Assembly (NCBI GenBank): GCA_037441675.1
Contig: JBBIRS010000001.1
Span: 64,001-128,000, forward strand
DNA length: 64,000 bases
From: Planctomycetales bacterium
Lineage (GTDB): Bacteria; 4484-113
Direction: 5' to 3'
In this document: in pieces, positions 44,608 through 54,950 of the stretch
Layout of the letters: each line of letters opens with the position of its first letter
How positions within the stretch are numbered: position 1 is the first letter of the stretch
Made by a program: the position numbers and the translations under genes
The notes under the pieces: generated by a model
What the model was told of the DNA's origin: nothing
The model's input: only the letters and a program-made list of their open reading frames with translations
The model's database searches: none

Positions 44608-46578
44608 ATGAGTGAGAAACTGAAATTAATTAGAATTACGCTGGCTCTTTTTCTTGCGATTTTCTTGATTGTAAGCTGTGGAGGAGGTGACGGGGATCAG
44701 CGGCAAAATGGCTTTGGTCCTCCACCCCCTGGTGGTCTAGAAGGTGGTGATTCCGAGGAAGAAACCCCATTTACTCTTGGTAATTTCACGCTTCCAGGAG
44801 GCACTCCTTTTGGGGATATTCGTGGAATTGCTGCAAGTTCTCGGTACGTTTATGTTGCTGAAACAAATGCGATACATGCCTTTGATCTGCTCGGTAATTA
44901 CGTTAACACTGCCTCAGCAGCTAACATTACTGGTATGGTAGTGATTCCACCAGATCCGAAGCCCCAGGATGGCGATACTACCCATTATCCCTATCCAGAG
45001 TTTCCCGTTATCGTTTACGAACCTACCGAGAATAGTTTCATTTCTATTTTTGCTCCCAACTTGGACGACTTAGTCACTGTGGAGCATCAAGATTATCCAG
45101 ACCTGGTTAAGCGGATTGATTTACCGTTTATAGAAGATTACGTTAGATACAGAGTTCAGCCTACTAGCCCTGTACCGGATCCACCCGATCCTTGCCCCCT
45201 CCTAATTGTTCGAACCTACGATGTTGATATAACTAGGGAAGGAACTATTGTAGTACTTACCGATACCGACCTCCCCTGCACAACTCCTTTCCCCGATTTC
45301 CCAATGACAATGTACTTTTTTGATCCCCATGAGGGTTATCTAATTTCTCCGCGGCGAACTGGAACAGTAGGGGTTCCAGATGAGAACGGAAACCCTCAAC
45401 CGGTTCAAGCTCCTTTCCGTTTTGCTGGAACTTTTGGAGACCAAACCGGAAGCCTCGGACAGCTTGCTATAGCTAACAAATATCCTCCTAATAGAACAGA
45501 TAGTCAGACACTATATCTAGGTGGCGATGTTAGAGCCATTCCAGATATTCGTTTAATGCTTGGCATCTCGGAGTGGAATATTGAAGTTGATTTTGTAGGT
45601 GTCAATTTTCTCCAAGTAGATACAACTTTTCCGCCCTATATTTATGAAATTGGTGGAATTGTTAACAATCGTTACGGGTATAACCGTGTAATTGGGCTTC
45701 CGGGCGGTTCACTACCTGGGAGTTTTGCTCTAACCCCACCGATCGGCCCAGGTGGTGACTTGGAAGACCCAGATTTAACAGCGGGTGGTCCATCCGGAAT
45801 GGCAATTAATCCCAGGACCGACGACTTATATGTTTGTGATCCGGGCAATAGAAGGGTTCAGGTTTTTGATAAAAACTTAAATTTTGTTCGCCAGATTGGT
45901 GATGGAATAAGGGGCACTTCAGGAAATCATCTCGTTGCTCCTAGCGAAGTGCATATTACCCTGGATGGCAAAATTTTTATTGGAGATACACTTGGGGATG
46001 GAAGCGGAATTGGTTGGCTAAGGATATTTGGTGAAACCGCTCCGCCCGAGTTTGGTTCCGTAGGTGGAACTGTTATGAACCCCACGACGGTTCCTCCTTC
46101 TCCTATAGTTGAAGCAACTGTTACCATCCTTAACGCCAACGGCGTGGTTGCCATTCAAAACACTAACGTAAATGGTGAATATCGTTTTGACAATCTCCCG
46201 CTTGGAACATACTTCCTAACCGCGGATAAGTTCGGTTATAGTACAGATTCAACCTCAGTTGATCTCGTTGCAGACCAGCACGTAATTGTCAACTTTAACT
46301 TATACCCAGGTGTTCCTCCCACGCTTGGTTTCTACGTTGGTGCTGTTTATGATGAAGTGACAAATCAGGCTATCGCTGGTGTAAGGGTTAGGATAATTGG
46401 TACTTCCATTCAGACTTATACAGACGGATCTGGAACATTCTTCATTTCCGACTTACCTGCAGGTGATTACCAGGTAGAGTTTACCCATGAGGATTACATC
46501 ACGAAGACCCTTGACTTGCACATAACCGCTGGTCAAACCACGAGGCACGATGCGGTTAAATTGATACCTCTGCCATAA
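44608..46578 (+). CDS. Lipoprotein with NHL-repeat propeller and two carboxypeptidase-regulatory-like domains
   Basis: Lipobox IVSC-GGG. NHL motif GPSGMAIN...LYVCDPGNRRVQVFD. Two C-terminal domains of the type G.V....TN.NG.Y.F..LP.G.Y. Confidence 0.75.
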   Translation: MSEKLKLIRITLALFLAIFLIVSCGGGDGDQRQNGFGPPPPGGLEGGDSEEETPFTLGNFTLPGGTPFGDIRGIAASSRYVYVAETNAIHAFDLLGNYVNTASAANITGMVVIPPDPKPQDGDTTHYPYPEFPVIVYEPTENSFISIFAPNLDDLVTVEHQDYPDLVKRIDLPFIEDYVRYRVQPTSPVPDPPDPCPLLIVRTYDVDITREGTIVVLTDTDLPCTTPFPDFPMTMYFFDPHEGYLISPRRTGTVGVPDENGNPQPVQAPFRFAGTFGDQTGSLGQLAIANKYPPNRTDSQTLYLGGDVRAIPDIRLMLGISEWNIEVDFVGVNFLQVDTTFPPYIYEIGGIVNNRYGYNRVIGLPGGSLPGSFALTPPIGPGGDLEDPDLTAGGPSGMAINPRTDDLYVCDPGNRRVQVFDKNLNFVRQIGDGIRGTSGNHLVAPSEVHITLDGKIFIGDTLGDGSGIGWLRIFGETAPPEFGSVGGTVMNPTTVPPSPIVEATVTILNANGVVAIQNTNVNGEYRFDNLPLGTYFLTADKFGYSTDSTSVDLVADQHVIVNFNLYPGVPPTLGFYVGAVYDEVTNQAIAGVRVRIIGTSIQTYTDGSGTFFISDLPAGDYQVEFTHEDYITKTLDLHITAGQTTRHDAVKLIPLP

Positions 46579-46750
46579 TCCTTACTTGCTGTTTAGCCTT
46601 TTCTAAGGGTTTCCAGAGGGTTGCCTTGCTCTCATTCAAGCTAAAGCTTTGGATCAAACACGCTTACTTAGGCAACGATTGAAAGGATGTCTTCAACCAA
46701 TTACCATATATTCTCCCAAACCGTTGGAGTGGAGGGAGGGATAGGCAAAA

Positions 46751-47632
46751 ATGGATCTTTCAGTCATTATCCCCAACTATAACGGAGAGAAACTCCTAAT
46801 ACCATTGATAAGCCGACTTGAAGAGTTACTCGCCAAATCAGGCTTAAACTACGAAATAATCCTTGCTGATGATTGTTCTAATGATGAAAGTGTTACTTTA
46901 GTAAAGAGTACTTTTCCGTGGGTGAGAGTTGAGGCTGGTGGGGAGAGGAAAGGTTTTGGAGGCAACTGCAACAGAGGCGCAAAAGCAAGTAATGGTAATT
47001 ATCTTGCTTTTGTAAACACTGATATTGAATTTGAAGGGGATATCTTCAACCAACTTATAAAGTCTCTATCAGATTCAAGGGTATTTGCAGTGATGCCTCT
47101 GATATTTGCTGAAAGATTAGGACGCGTGGAAAATTACACGTTCCTTTGGAAGCATCGCGGACTTGTCTGGTTAAAGCCAAGGGGAGAAATTGAGCTAACA
47201 TCTGCGGAAGAAGTTGCTAAGAAACTAGAGCCCAATCCGATTGGTGGTGTTCCACTCTGCGGTGCATTTTTTATCTGTAAAAAGGATATTTTCAACACCC
47301 TTGGTGGATTTGACGAAATTTTTTCTCCAGCTTATTGGGAAGATGTGGACTTAGGGTTCAGAGCGGAAGAACTTGGCTATGACATACTGCTTGTCCCAGG
47401 AGTAAAAGTTCTGCATAAGCACTCTATAACTATAGATATATCTTTCGGGGGATCCCTAAAGAAAAGGCTTCTGCTCAGGAATCAGGCACTATTTATAAAG
47501 AAGCATCTTAATCGGCTAGCGCCAATTCCCAATTTCCGCATTTGGCTTTCTCTAAGGATTTTCCAGCGTCTCTTTCAAGGCTATCAAGAGCTTATCCCAA
47601 TTTATCTCTCCATAATCCTTTCGAGGCAGTAG
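46751..47632 (+). CDS. Glycosyltransferase family 2
   Basis: Motifs SVIIPNYNG, ADDCSND, GF...CNRG, VNTD and GGFDE.F..AYWEDVDL. Confidence 0.92.
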   Translation: MDLSVIIPNYNGEKLLIPLISRLEELLAKSGLNYEIILADDCSNDESVTLVKSTFPWVRVEAGGERKGFGGNCNRGAKASNGNYLAFVNTDIEFEGDIFNQLIKSLSDSRVFAVMPLIFAERLGRVENYTFLWKHRGLVWLKPRGEIELTSAEEVAKKLEPNPIGGVPLCGAFFICKKDIFNTLGGFDEIFSPAYWEDVDLGFRAEELGYDILLVPGVKVLHKHSITIDISFGGSLKKRLLLRNQALFIKKHLNRLAPIPNFRIWLSLRIFQRLFQGYQELIPIYLSIILSRQ

Positions 47633-47704
47633 TTAGCTCACTAGTATAAGGCAAAAGAATATGTTAAAATTTTCACAGGTTAATAAACTTACGAGGTGAT
47701 AATA

Positions 47705-48883
47705 ATGACTGATGTCGTTATCTTGGATGGCACAAGGACTCCGATAGGAAAGTACGGGGGAACGCTCAAAGATGTTCCAGCGGTAGATTTGGGCGCCCAT
47801 TGCATTCGGACGATTATTGAGAGAAACAAAATAGATCCAACAAGCGTGGATGACGTTATAATGGGGATTGTTGTTAATGCGGGGGTTGGGCAGATACCTT
47901 CAAGGCAGTCTGCAATCCGGGCTGGTTTGCCGGAGACTGTTCCTTCGCTTACAGTCCACAAGGTTTGCGCTTCTGGTATGCGAGCAATAACTCTAGCAGA
48001 CACAATGATTCGTGCTGGTCAGGCAAAGCTTATTGTCGCAGGCGGAATGGAATCAATGAGTCAGGTCCCCTACGCTTCTTTTGGAACTAGATGGGGTAAA
48101 AGAATGGGAGACGAAAAGCTTGTAGATTTGATGATTCACGACGGGCTTTGGTGTGCCTTTGACAATGTTCATATGGGTAATGATGGTGACCGTATCGCGA
48201 AGGAATTTAATCTATCACGTGAGGAGCAGGATGAGTACGCCTGTCGGAGCCAGAATCTAGCAGAAGCAGCTATAAAAGAAGGAAGACTCGCTGAGGAAAT
48301 CACCCCATACCCAGTTCCTCAAGCTAAGGGTGAGCCTATACTTTTCTCTCAAGACGAATTTCCTCGCTTTGGAACAACCGTAGAAGCGTTAAGTAAGTTA
48401 AAGCCCGCCTTCTCCCCCGATGGCACTATCACCGCAGGAAACGCTCCAGGAGTGAACGATGGCGCTGCCGCCGTTATCGTTACTACTCGTGAAATGGCTG
48501 AGGCTCTTGGGATAAAGCCACTTGCAAGAATCGTAGATTACGCTTGGGTCGCTATGAAACCTTACCAATTCCCGATTGCACCAGCTTACTCCACTCTTAA
48601 GCTCTTAGAAAAAACAGGGAAGAAGCTTGAAGACATCCACCTCTTTGAATTTAACGAAGCATTTGCCGCAGTTGTTCTTGCCTGTGGAAAAATTTTGAAT
48701 TGGGACTTAAACAAAGTTAACGTGAATGGTGGTGCGATAGCACTGGGACACCCAATAGGGATGAGCGGCACGCGTATAACACTAACACTGGCGTATGAGC
48801 TTAGAAGAAGAGGCGGTGGTCTCGGTATTGCTTCTATTTGTTCTGGTTCGGGACAGGGAGATTCTATTCTGCTTGAAGTATAG
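47705..48883 (+). CDS. Acetyl-CoA C-acetyltransferase (thiolase)
   Basis: Motifs RTPIG, KVCASG (catalytic Cys), GGMESMS, TAGNA.GVNDGA, NEAFA, GGAIALGHPIG and SICSGSGQG. Confidence 0.96.
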   Translation: MTDVVILDGTRTPIGKYGGTLKDVPAVDLGAHCIRTIIERNKIDPTSVDDVIMGIVVNAGVGQIPSRQSAIRAGLPETVPSLTVHKVCASGMRAITLADTMIRAGQAKLIVAGGMESMSQVPYASFGTRWGKRMGDEKLVDLMIHDGLWCAFDNVHMGNDGDRIAKEFNLSREEQDEYACRSQNLAEAAIKEGRLAEEITPYPVPQAKGEPILFSQDEFPRFGTTVEALSKLKPAFSPDGTITAGNAPGVNDGAAAVIVTTREMAEALGIKPLARIVDYAWVAMKPYQFPIAPAYSTLKLLEKTGKKLEDIHLFEFNEAFAAVVLACGKILNWDLNKVNVNGGAIALGHPIGMSGTRITLTLAYELRRRGGGLGIASICSGSGQGDSILLEV

Positions 48884-48916
48884 GCATAACGAGCTAAAGT
48901 TTATAAAACTCTTAGC

Positions 48917-49900
48917 TCAAAGGTTGTTAACCAAGAATCTATACCAATTTTCGCCCATTATTCCCCTGATTGTTTCAGGTTTTACCCCCTCTCTAGCAAG
49001 TTCATCAGCTAGCAAGGATAGATCGGAAACGCTGTTCATCCCCGCTGGGGTATCACTAGCTGAAATTCCACCGTCAAAGTCTGATCCAATTCCTAATCCC
49101 TCATCTCCTACTATCTCCAATATATGAAGAGCATGTCTAACCGTTTCCTTGATTGGCACTTGTGGGTCTTCTTCTTTCCAATCGGGTTTAAGAAATCCAT
49201 TGTATAGAAGAAGTCCAATGACACCACCCCTTTGTGCTAGTGCCTCAATTTGCTGGTCTTTAAGATTCCTTGGATGGGGACAGAGGGAATAGCTGTTGCT
49301 ATGGGTTGCGACTACGGGACCGCTCCAAACATCCATTACTTGCCAAAAACTTTTTTCGTTCAGGTGAGAGATATCAAGAATGAAACCGAGATTGTGCATT
49401 TCCCTTAAAAAGGATACCCCCTCCTCCGTAAGCCCTTCATCTGTCCTAGCACCTCCTGCCCACTGATTTGCTTCATTCCAGGTAAGGCTCAATACCCGAA
49501 CGTTTCTTTCATGTAATTGAGCCAATTCCGCAGGGCTATCTATTAAATCTGCTCCTTCCAACATCAAACAGAAGCCCCATACCTTTTCACCATTAAGAAA
49601 ATCAAGTCTCAGTCTCATAAGATCTTCATGGGCAAGGATCTCACGCACCTGATTGAAACTAGACACTATATCCCTATACAGTGCGAACTGTTCAGATAGT
49701 ATCTCCTTTCTCCTTCGCCGATCTAAGTCATGTTCAACAAATAATGACGCTATGGAAGCCATTACCCCTCCCCTTAAAAGTCCCTCAAGAGTAATCATGG
49801 CGTCTCCAGGGTTTTCCGCTTCAGAAAAAGTTCTCTTATGTGTCAAAATGTGCCACGCTAGATCCTCGTGTGCGTCAACTATGTACAACCTTTCACTCAT
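48917..49900 (-). CDS. Membrane dipeptidase (peptidase M19 family)
   Basis: Motifs DAHED, LEGAD, LTWN, DISHL, ATHSN...HPRNL.D and GSDFDG. Confidence 0.92.
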   Translation of the reverse strand: MSERLYIVDAHEDLAWHILTHKRTFSEAENPGDAMITLEGLLRGGVMASIASLFVEHDLDRRRRKEILSEQFALYRDIVSSFNQVREILAHEDLMRLRLDFLNGEKVWGFCLMLEGADLIDSPAELAQLHERNVRVLSLTWNEANQWAGGARTDEGLTEEGVSFLREMHNLGFILDISHLNEKSFWQVMDVWSGPVVATHSNSYSLCPHPRNLKDQQIEALAQRGGVIGLLLYNGFLKPDWKEEDPQVPIKETVRHALHILEIVGDEGLGIGSDFDGGISASDTPAGMNSVSDLSLLADELAREGVKPETIRGIMGENWYRFLVNNL

Positions 49901-49941
49901 GTCTTTATTCCCTCCACAGAAGAACTCTAGTTAGAGAAAGC

Positions 49942-52356
49942 TTAAAAATCATTTGCAAGGATAAAATCATAAACTTTTCTATATTTGAGAACTTTTTTCA
50001 CAAATTGTTTTGTTTCAAAATTGGGAAGTAACTCTACAACAATTTGGGGATAATTTGAATTAATATTTCTAAGCCAATTCCTTAAGTTGCCAGGTCCAGC
50101 GTTGTAAGCAGCAATTGCTAAGTATTCCTCACCAAACATTCTTAGTTGTTCTGCAATATAAGCACATCCTATATGAATGTTTTTTTCAGGATCCGTAAGT
50201 GGTCTTAGATGTAGATGCTGAGGAATCTTGGTTTCATAAAGCTTAGCAGTTGAAGGTAGAATCTGCATTAGCCCCACCGCTTGAGCGGAAGATACTGCCT
50301 TGGGGTTGAAGTTGCTCTCTTTCGCTATCAATGCATAAATAAGAGCTTTAGATATTTTGTACCGCGCAGAGGCTTCTTCAACAATCTCCTTATAAGGAGT
50401 GGGAAAGGCAATCTTTAAGACCAGCCATACTAGTCTTCTATCCATCCTTGTGTGTAGTCCTTGTTCAAGCATTAACAGGACTTTCCATCTGCTAATTGGG
50501 ATTTCGGCTGTTTGATCAAGGTTGTACGCATACATAGCTGGTATTATCGAATCACTTGCGGTATTAGTATTTAATTCTTCCATCTCAATCACGAAATCCG
50601 TCATAAATAGACTAAGCAAGTATTCTTCTTCCAACTCTTTGCTAAATAGAAAACTATCATTAGTATAAAGGGGCTCTAAATTCTTCCATCCTAATTTACC
50701 AAGCGGGCAGAGCTCGTAATAACTTAGTTTTTGAACATTGTAGCTAATCGTTGAAATATTCCTATCTTCAGCTTTTGAGATGCCCGCTAAAAATTCTTTC
50801 CAATAGTTAGACACAGATGGTTCTTTTTCTTCTACTTTAGAAATCGCCCAGTTTGCGGTTTTCATATCAGATGAATAAATGAGAAGCGGAATAAGCTCTT
50901 CGGCGCTTTGGACTGTATCTGTTCCTCCTTTCAAAAGGTTATCTCGTAAGAGTTGAATTTGTTTGTTTTGACTAGAGAAAGGCTCTCTCTCTTTTAGAAG
51001 CTGATACAACTTATACCGCAAGGTATTCGTGTAACGACCTTCTAGCTGAATAGCCTTTGATAATTCAACCTTTGCCTTTTGCCAATCACCCATCTTTTCT
51101 AAAAAGTTCGCATAGTTTAGTGATATAAGCTGAAGCGCCTCCTCAGCCAGACCAGAGCGATTCTTCTCAGCGATACTCTTTGCTTGGTTGACAAGCTCGC
51201 TTATTGATGCCTCGTTCATTTGTGGTGTTGACACACCGGTGGCTATTGCGATTAACAGCAGTCTAAATCTTTCGTCTATTCCTTCGGTAGTTATTAACTT
51301 CTTCAGTGTTTCTAAACTTTTTCTCTTGAATTCTACATCTTCATTGGCGATTTGTTCACTTAACCTAAGAAAGTACTCCATTGGTAGGTCAATCAGTTCG
51401 CTACTTAGTTTTGGAGTAATTTCACTTAGGCTATCAATTAGGTTTTTCACAGCAATCCTCGTTGTGTTCTTGGCATTTGAACTAAGTGCCTGAAGAAAAT
51501 ATTTGCAGGCAAAATCAATCTTGCCTATCTTTTTGTAATATTCCCCTAGCTCAATGTAAGCCTTTGATGTTATCCAACTGGAGTTAAGTTTTGCATCCTT
51601 CTCCAAAGAGAGTAATAAGTTGAGGCAAGAAAGTGCGTTATTAATCCTCCCCTTTATTAGTTCATTTTCAAGCAAATTCAAAACAGCTCGTTTCCTTATG
51701 GGTATATATGTGCTTTTGAGTAGACGTTTCATTTGAGCCAATCCAGACTTCGCTTCGCGTTGGTCACCGACAATGATTTTGGCTCTCGCATTGTAATAGG
51801 CTAGGTAATCGTTAAGCTGAGGGGAGACACCATTCTTTATTGCTTCATTGAAATAGCTTTTAGCCCCATTCCAATCGCCAAGCAGGGCAAGTTGGTAACC
51901 TGCGAACATCTTTAAGTTGCCATATACAGGGTAGTTTCTTAATTCAGCGTAAGTCCCGCTCTGAAATGGGTTATCTATCATGCCTTTGCTTTTAGCTTGG
52001 TTGAGGATATCAAGCCGAAGCTCATTAACAAGATCCACAGTGTCCTCGTGAAATCCGTAAATTGCGCTCATCAATTGCGCCTTTCCTATGTTTCCAGAGA
52101 GGGCGTAAATCCGAGCCAATGCCTGTAGCGTTTCCCTTGTATTTTTATTTCTCAAATTGTGGATGGTTTCCTGCTTGGCTAGTGAGAGATAATTCCTCTT
52201 GATTTTCTCGCTGAGGGGGAGCATTTCCCGATACATGCTTCTTACCAATAAGAACCCTCCCCACAGGCTTAACATAACTAAAGCTATTACTAAAAACCGT
52301 CCGATACTTTTGGTAGTGAAAATCATTCTCCCATAAGGACCAAAGTGTTTATTCAA
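49942..52356 (-). CDS. Soluble lytic transglycosylase (Slt-like, helical-repeat N-terminus)
   Basis: C-terminal SLT domain with AKESNF, AVGLMQI, AYNAG.G and ETKQFVKKV. N-terminal TM and TPR-like helices. The start is uncertain (52356 or ~52326). Confidence 0.9.
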   Translation of the reverse strand: MNKHFGPYGRMIFTTKSIGRFLVIALVMLSLWGGFLLVRSMYREMLPLSEKIKRNYLSLAKQETIHNLRNKNTRETLQALARIYALSGNIGKAQLMSAIYGFHEDTVDLVNELRLDILNQAKSKGMIDNPFQSGTYAELRNYPVYGNLKMFAGYQLALLGDWNGAKSYFNEAIKNGVSPQLNDYLAYYNARAKIIVGDQREAKSGLAQMKRLLKSTYIPIRKRAVLNLLENELIKGRINNALSCLNLLLSLEKDAKLNSSWITSKAYIELGEYYKKIGKIDFACKYFLQALSSNAKNTTRIAVKNLIDSLSEITPKLSSELIDLPMEYFLRLSEQIANEDVEFKRKSLETLKKLITTEGIDERFRLLLIAIATGVSTPQMNEASISELVNQAKSIAEKNRSGLAEEALQLISLNYANFLEKMGDWQKAKVELSKAIQLEGRYTNTLRYKLYQLLKEREPFSSQNKQIQLLRDNLLKGGTDTVQSAEELIPLLIYSSDMKTANWAISKVEEKEPSVSNYWKEFLAGISKAEDRNISTISYNVQKLSYYELCPLGKLGWKNLEPLYTNDSFLFSKELEEEYLLSLFMTDFVIEMEELNTNTASDSIIPAMYAYNLDQTAEIPISRWKVLLMLEQGLHTRMDRRLVWLVLKIAFPTPYKEIVEEASARYKISKALIYALIAKESNFNPKAVSSAQAVGLMQILPSTAKLYETKIPQHLHLRPLTDPEKNIHIGCAYIAEQLRMFGEEYLAIAAYNAGPGNLRNWLRNINSNYPQIVVELLPNFETKQFVKKVLKYRKVYDFILANDF

Positions 52357-52385
52357 AGACCTTTAACTGCAAAAGCTTTATCCTC

Positions 52386-53510
52386 TCAAAAATTTCTAAT
52401 AGGTATGACCTCTCTTTTCACGCGGCGACCTATTCTGCATATGATGTCGTAGTTATTAGTTCCGCACCAAGTTGCAAATTCGTCCAAAGTGATTTCTTCA
52501 TCCTTCTGTCTTCCAATCAGCACAGCTTCTGCACCCGGGTATACACTCTCATCTTTTCCTACGTCTAAAATTACATAGTCCATATTAACTGCTCCTGCGA
52601 CGGTTCTTCTCTTACCGTTGATTAGAACTTGTCCCTTTGGAAAGAATTGCGTTGGTATGCCATCTGCATATCCGAGAGGGATAGTTGCCAAGTTTGTCTC
52701 TTCCTTTGTGGTATATAAATGCCCGTATGAAACACCAGTGCCTGCGGGAACTCTCCTCACATCAACCACCATTGTTTTCCAGGTAAATACTGGCATTACA
52801 CCTGGTTTTATCCCCTCGTATCCCGGAGGATAGTATCCTAGAGCAAGAATACCTATTCTTACCATATCAAGCCTGCTCTCAGGAAATGAAAGAGTTCCAA
52901 GGGAATTCGCTAAATGTTTAGTAACACTTCTCTTAAGTCTTTTTTCAATCCGTTCGGCGCATTCGGTAAACAACCTTATTTGCTCAGGAATAATTCTGTC
53001 TTTGGAGTTAGCAGTCCCGGCAAGATGGGAGAAGATACCTTCTACAGAAATATGAGGATTATCAACAAGGCAATCAACAAAATCATCCAACCCCTCAGGT
53101 GTTACGCCCGCTCTTCGCATTCCCGTGTCTAGCTTGATATGGACCTTGGCTATCGTTCCTAATTCAGCTGCGGCATCTTCAAGTTGCTGGATAGTTTCAG
53201 GCCTAAAAATACTAAGGTCTAAGAAATGTCGCAACGCCAGTTTGTATTGTTCCGGAGGCGTGTATCCCATTACAAGAATACTTCCAAGGTAATCAGACTG
53301 TCTAAGCTCAAGCGCCTCATCAACAACTGCCACTCCGCATACAATATCAGGAAGTTCGGTTAACACTGGGATTAATTGGACTGCACCTATCCCATATCCA
53401 TTTGCCTTCATTACAAAGAGAAGCTTGCGATTAACGTACTTTTTTATCAGCTTGAGATTTTCTAACAGCTGGTTAAGGTCTACTATTAGTTTGGAGTAAG
53501 AATGTTGCAT
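52386..53510 (-). CDS. alr: Alanine racemase
   Basis: Motifs VMKANGYG (PLP Lys), HIKLDTGM.R.G, SHLA, HLANS, VRIGI, VSYG and GYADG. Confidence 0.96.
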   Translation of the reverse strand: MQHSYSKLIVDLNQLLENLKLIKKYVNRKLLFVMKANGYGIGAVQLIPVLTELPDIVCGVAVVDEALELRQSDYLGSILVMGYTPPEQYKLALRHFLDLSIFRPETIQQLEDAAAELGTIAKVHIKLDTGMRRAGVTPEGLDDFVDCLVDNPHISVEGIFSHLAGTANSKDRIIPEQIRLFTECAERIEKRLKRSVTKHLANSLGTLSFPESRLDMVRIGILALGYYPPGYEGIKPGVMPVFTWKTMVVDVRRVPAGTGVSYGHLYTTKEETNLATIPLGYADGIPTQFFPKGQVLINGKRRTVAGAVNMDYVILDVGKDESVYPGAEAVLIGRQKDEEITLDEFATWCGTNNYDIICRIGRRVKREVIPIRNF

Positions 53511-53512
53511 TC

Positions 53513-54946
53513 CTAAATAGAGCTATGCCACCTCTTCTTGCGTAAAAGTTTAGAATAAACCGATATTATGAATTCTCTCTCCGTTCGGTTTAATTCTCCA
53601 TTTTCCCTCAAGATTCTCTGAATCGCAATAAACTCCTCATCGGACATTTCAATTTCATTTGTGAGATACGCCAAAAGGTTAAGCTGTTCATTATCTGTAC
53701 GTGGGGATTTGCCCGATAATGCTGAAAGAGCGAATAAGAAAGCTCCTTCAAAATCATCAGTTTTATACATTTGGTTACCAAGGGCGATAATCCTTTCAGT
53801 CTCCGGTGGGAATTTATCTATGGGTAAGGATAATCTACGTCCAAGGGGAAAAACTCTCGGCAATAGTGCAACTAAAGCAATTAGGATCAGAATAGACAAG
53901 GCTCTTCCCCCTTTGGTTGATACCAGTAGGCTCGTGACGCTAACTGTTGGAAGGTAAAATCTTGCATTTTCGTGGAAAAAGTAAAGTGGCATCTCACCCC
54001 TAAGTTGGAGGAGGTTATTAGCAAATACAACGTTATCCACAAGCCCAATTTCTTCATTGGTCAATATATCTGAGATAAACAGGATAGTTAACCTTGCGCT
54101 TTCAATAGACTTCGCACCAAGCAATGGAACAAGCGTTCCCTTTAGAATGTAAACTTCATCAAGGCTATCAAGTAAGTTTTGATAATATGTTGAGACATAT
54201 TCCAATTCTTCAATGTTTCTCTTTATGTAAATGTGGGTAACTTCATTAAAGAGAGCCGAGGTCTTTGGTAAGAATATGTGCATTCCCCCCTTCTCATCTT
54301 TCTCCCACGCTACTTCGTAAATCTTACTATGTATTTGTTCCTTTTGTCTTTGCTCTGCTCTCCGCTCCTCAATATTATGTAAATTTGTGCTTATTTTCAC
54401 CTCTCTATCACTCTCTCTTGCTCCATGTTCATTTGATTTTAATTTCAGCATATTCTCTTTTGCTTCTACGTTCGGTATGCTTTCATTCTTAATCAACAAA
54501 TTCTTATCATTCTTCTCACTTTTCGTCTCCACCTTAGACCTTTTAACTGATTGGGGTCCTGTTGAGGATATATCTACTGTTTCATTTGGTAATGGCATTA
54601 AGAGCAAAAAACTTGTCCCTTTCTCCATTTGACTAGTAATACTCTGAAGATCATAGAAGGGGTAGGGGGCAAATAATTTATGAGACTGGTTTTTGGCACT
54701 ACCCGTTAAGACAACGAATGCTCCGCGGGGAATAAGAACCAGTGGACGATTATGTATAACAGGTCTCATCTTTAGTCTTTTAGCTAACAGATATAGAGCG
54801 CGAATACCCTTAGCGCCGGTACTGTATGCTGAGAGTGGTTCGCCATCCGCCTTATGAGGTTGTGCCTTTATTGAAAGGGAAAAAACTAGGCTCACTATTA
54901 TCGCTGTAAGTAGCCATATACCAGTGCTTTGCGGTGCTGTTTTCAT
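53513..54946 (-). CDS. DUF4350-like membrane-anchored protein
   Basis: SAYSTGAKGIRALY.L near the N-terminus, ILTNE.I...DN..FA, a TM helix followed by LGR, and a C-terminal helical domain. It lies next to a DUF4129-like gene. Confidence 0.55.
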   Translation of the reverse strand: MKTAPQSTGIWLLTAIIVSLVFSLSIKAQPHKADGEPLSAYSTGAKGIRALYLLAKRLKMRPVIHNRPLVLIPRGAFVVLTGSAKNQSHKLFAPYPFYDLQSITSQMEKGTSFLLLMPLPNETVDISSTGPQSVKRSKVETKSEKNDKNLLIKNESIPNVEAKENMLKLKSNEHGARESDREVKISTNLHNIEERRAEQRQKEQIHSKIYEVAWEKDEKGGMHIFLPKTSALFNEVTHIYIKRNIEELEYVSTYYQNLLDSLDEVYILKGTLVPLLGAKSIESARLTILFISDILTNEEIGLVDNVVFANNLLQLRGEMPLYFFHENARFYLPTVSVTSLLVSTKGGRALSILILIALVALLPRVFPLGRRLSLPIDKFPPETERIIALGNQMYKTDDFEGAFLFALSALSGKSPRTDNEQLNLLAYLTNEIEMSDEEFIAIQRILRENGELNRTEREFIISVYSKLLRKKRWHSSI

Positions 54947-54950
54947 CTTC

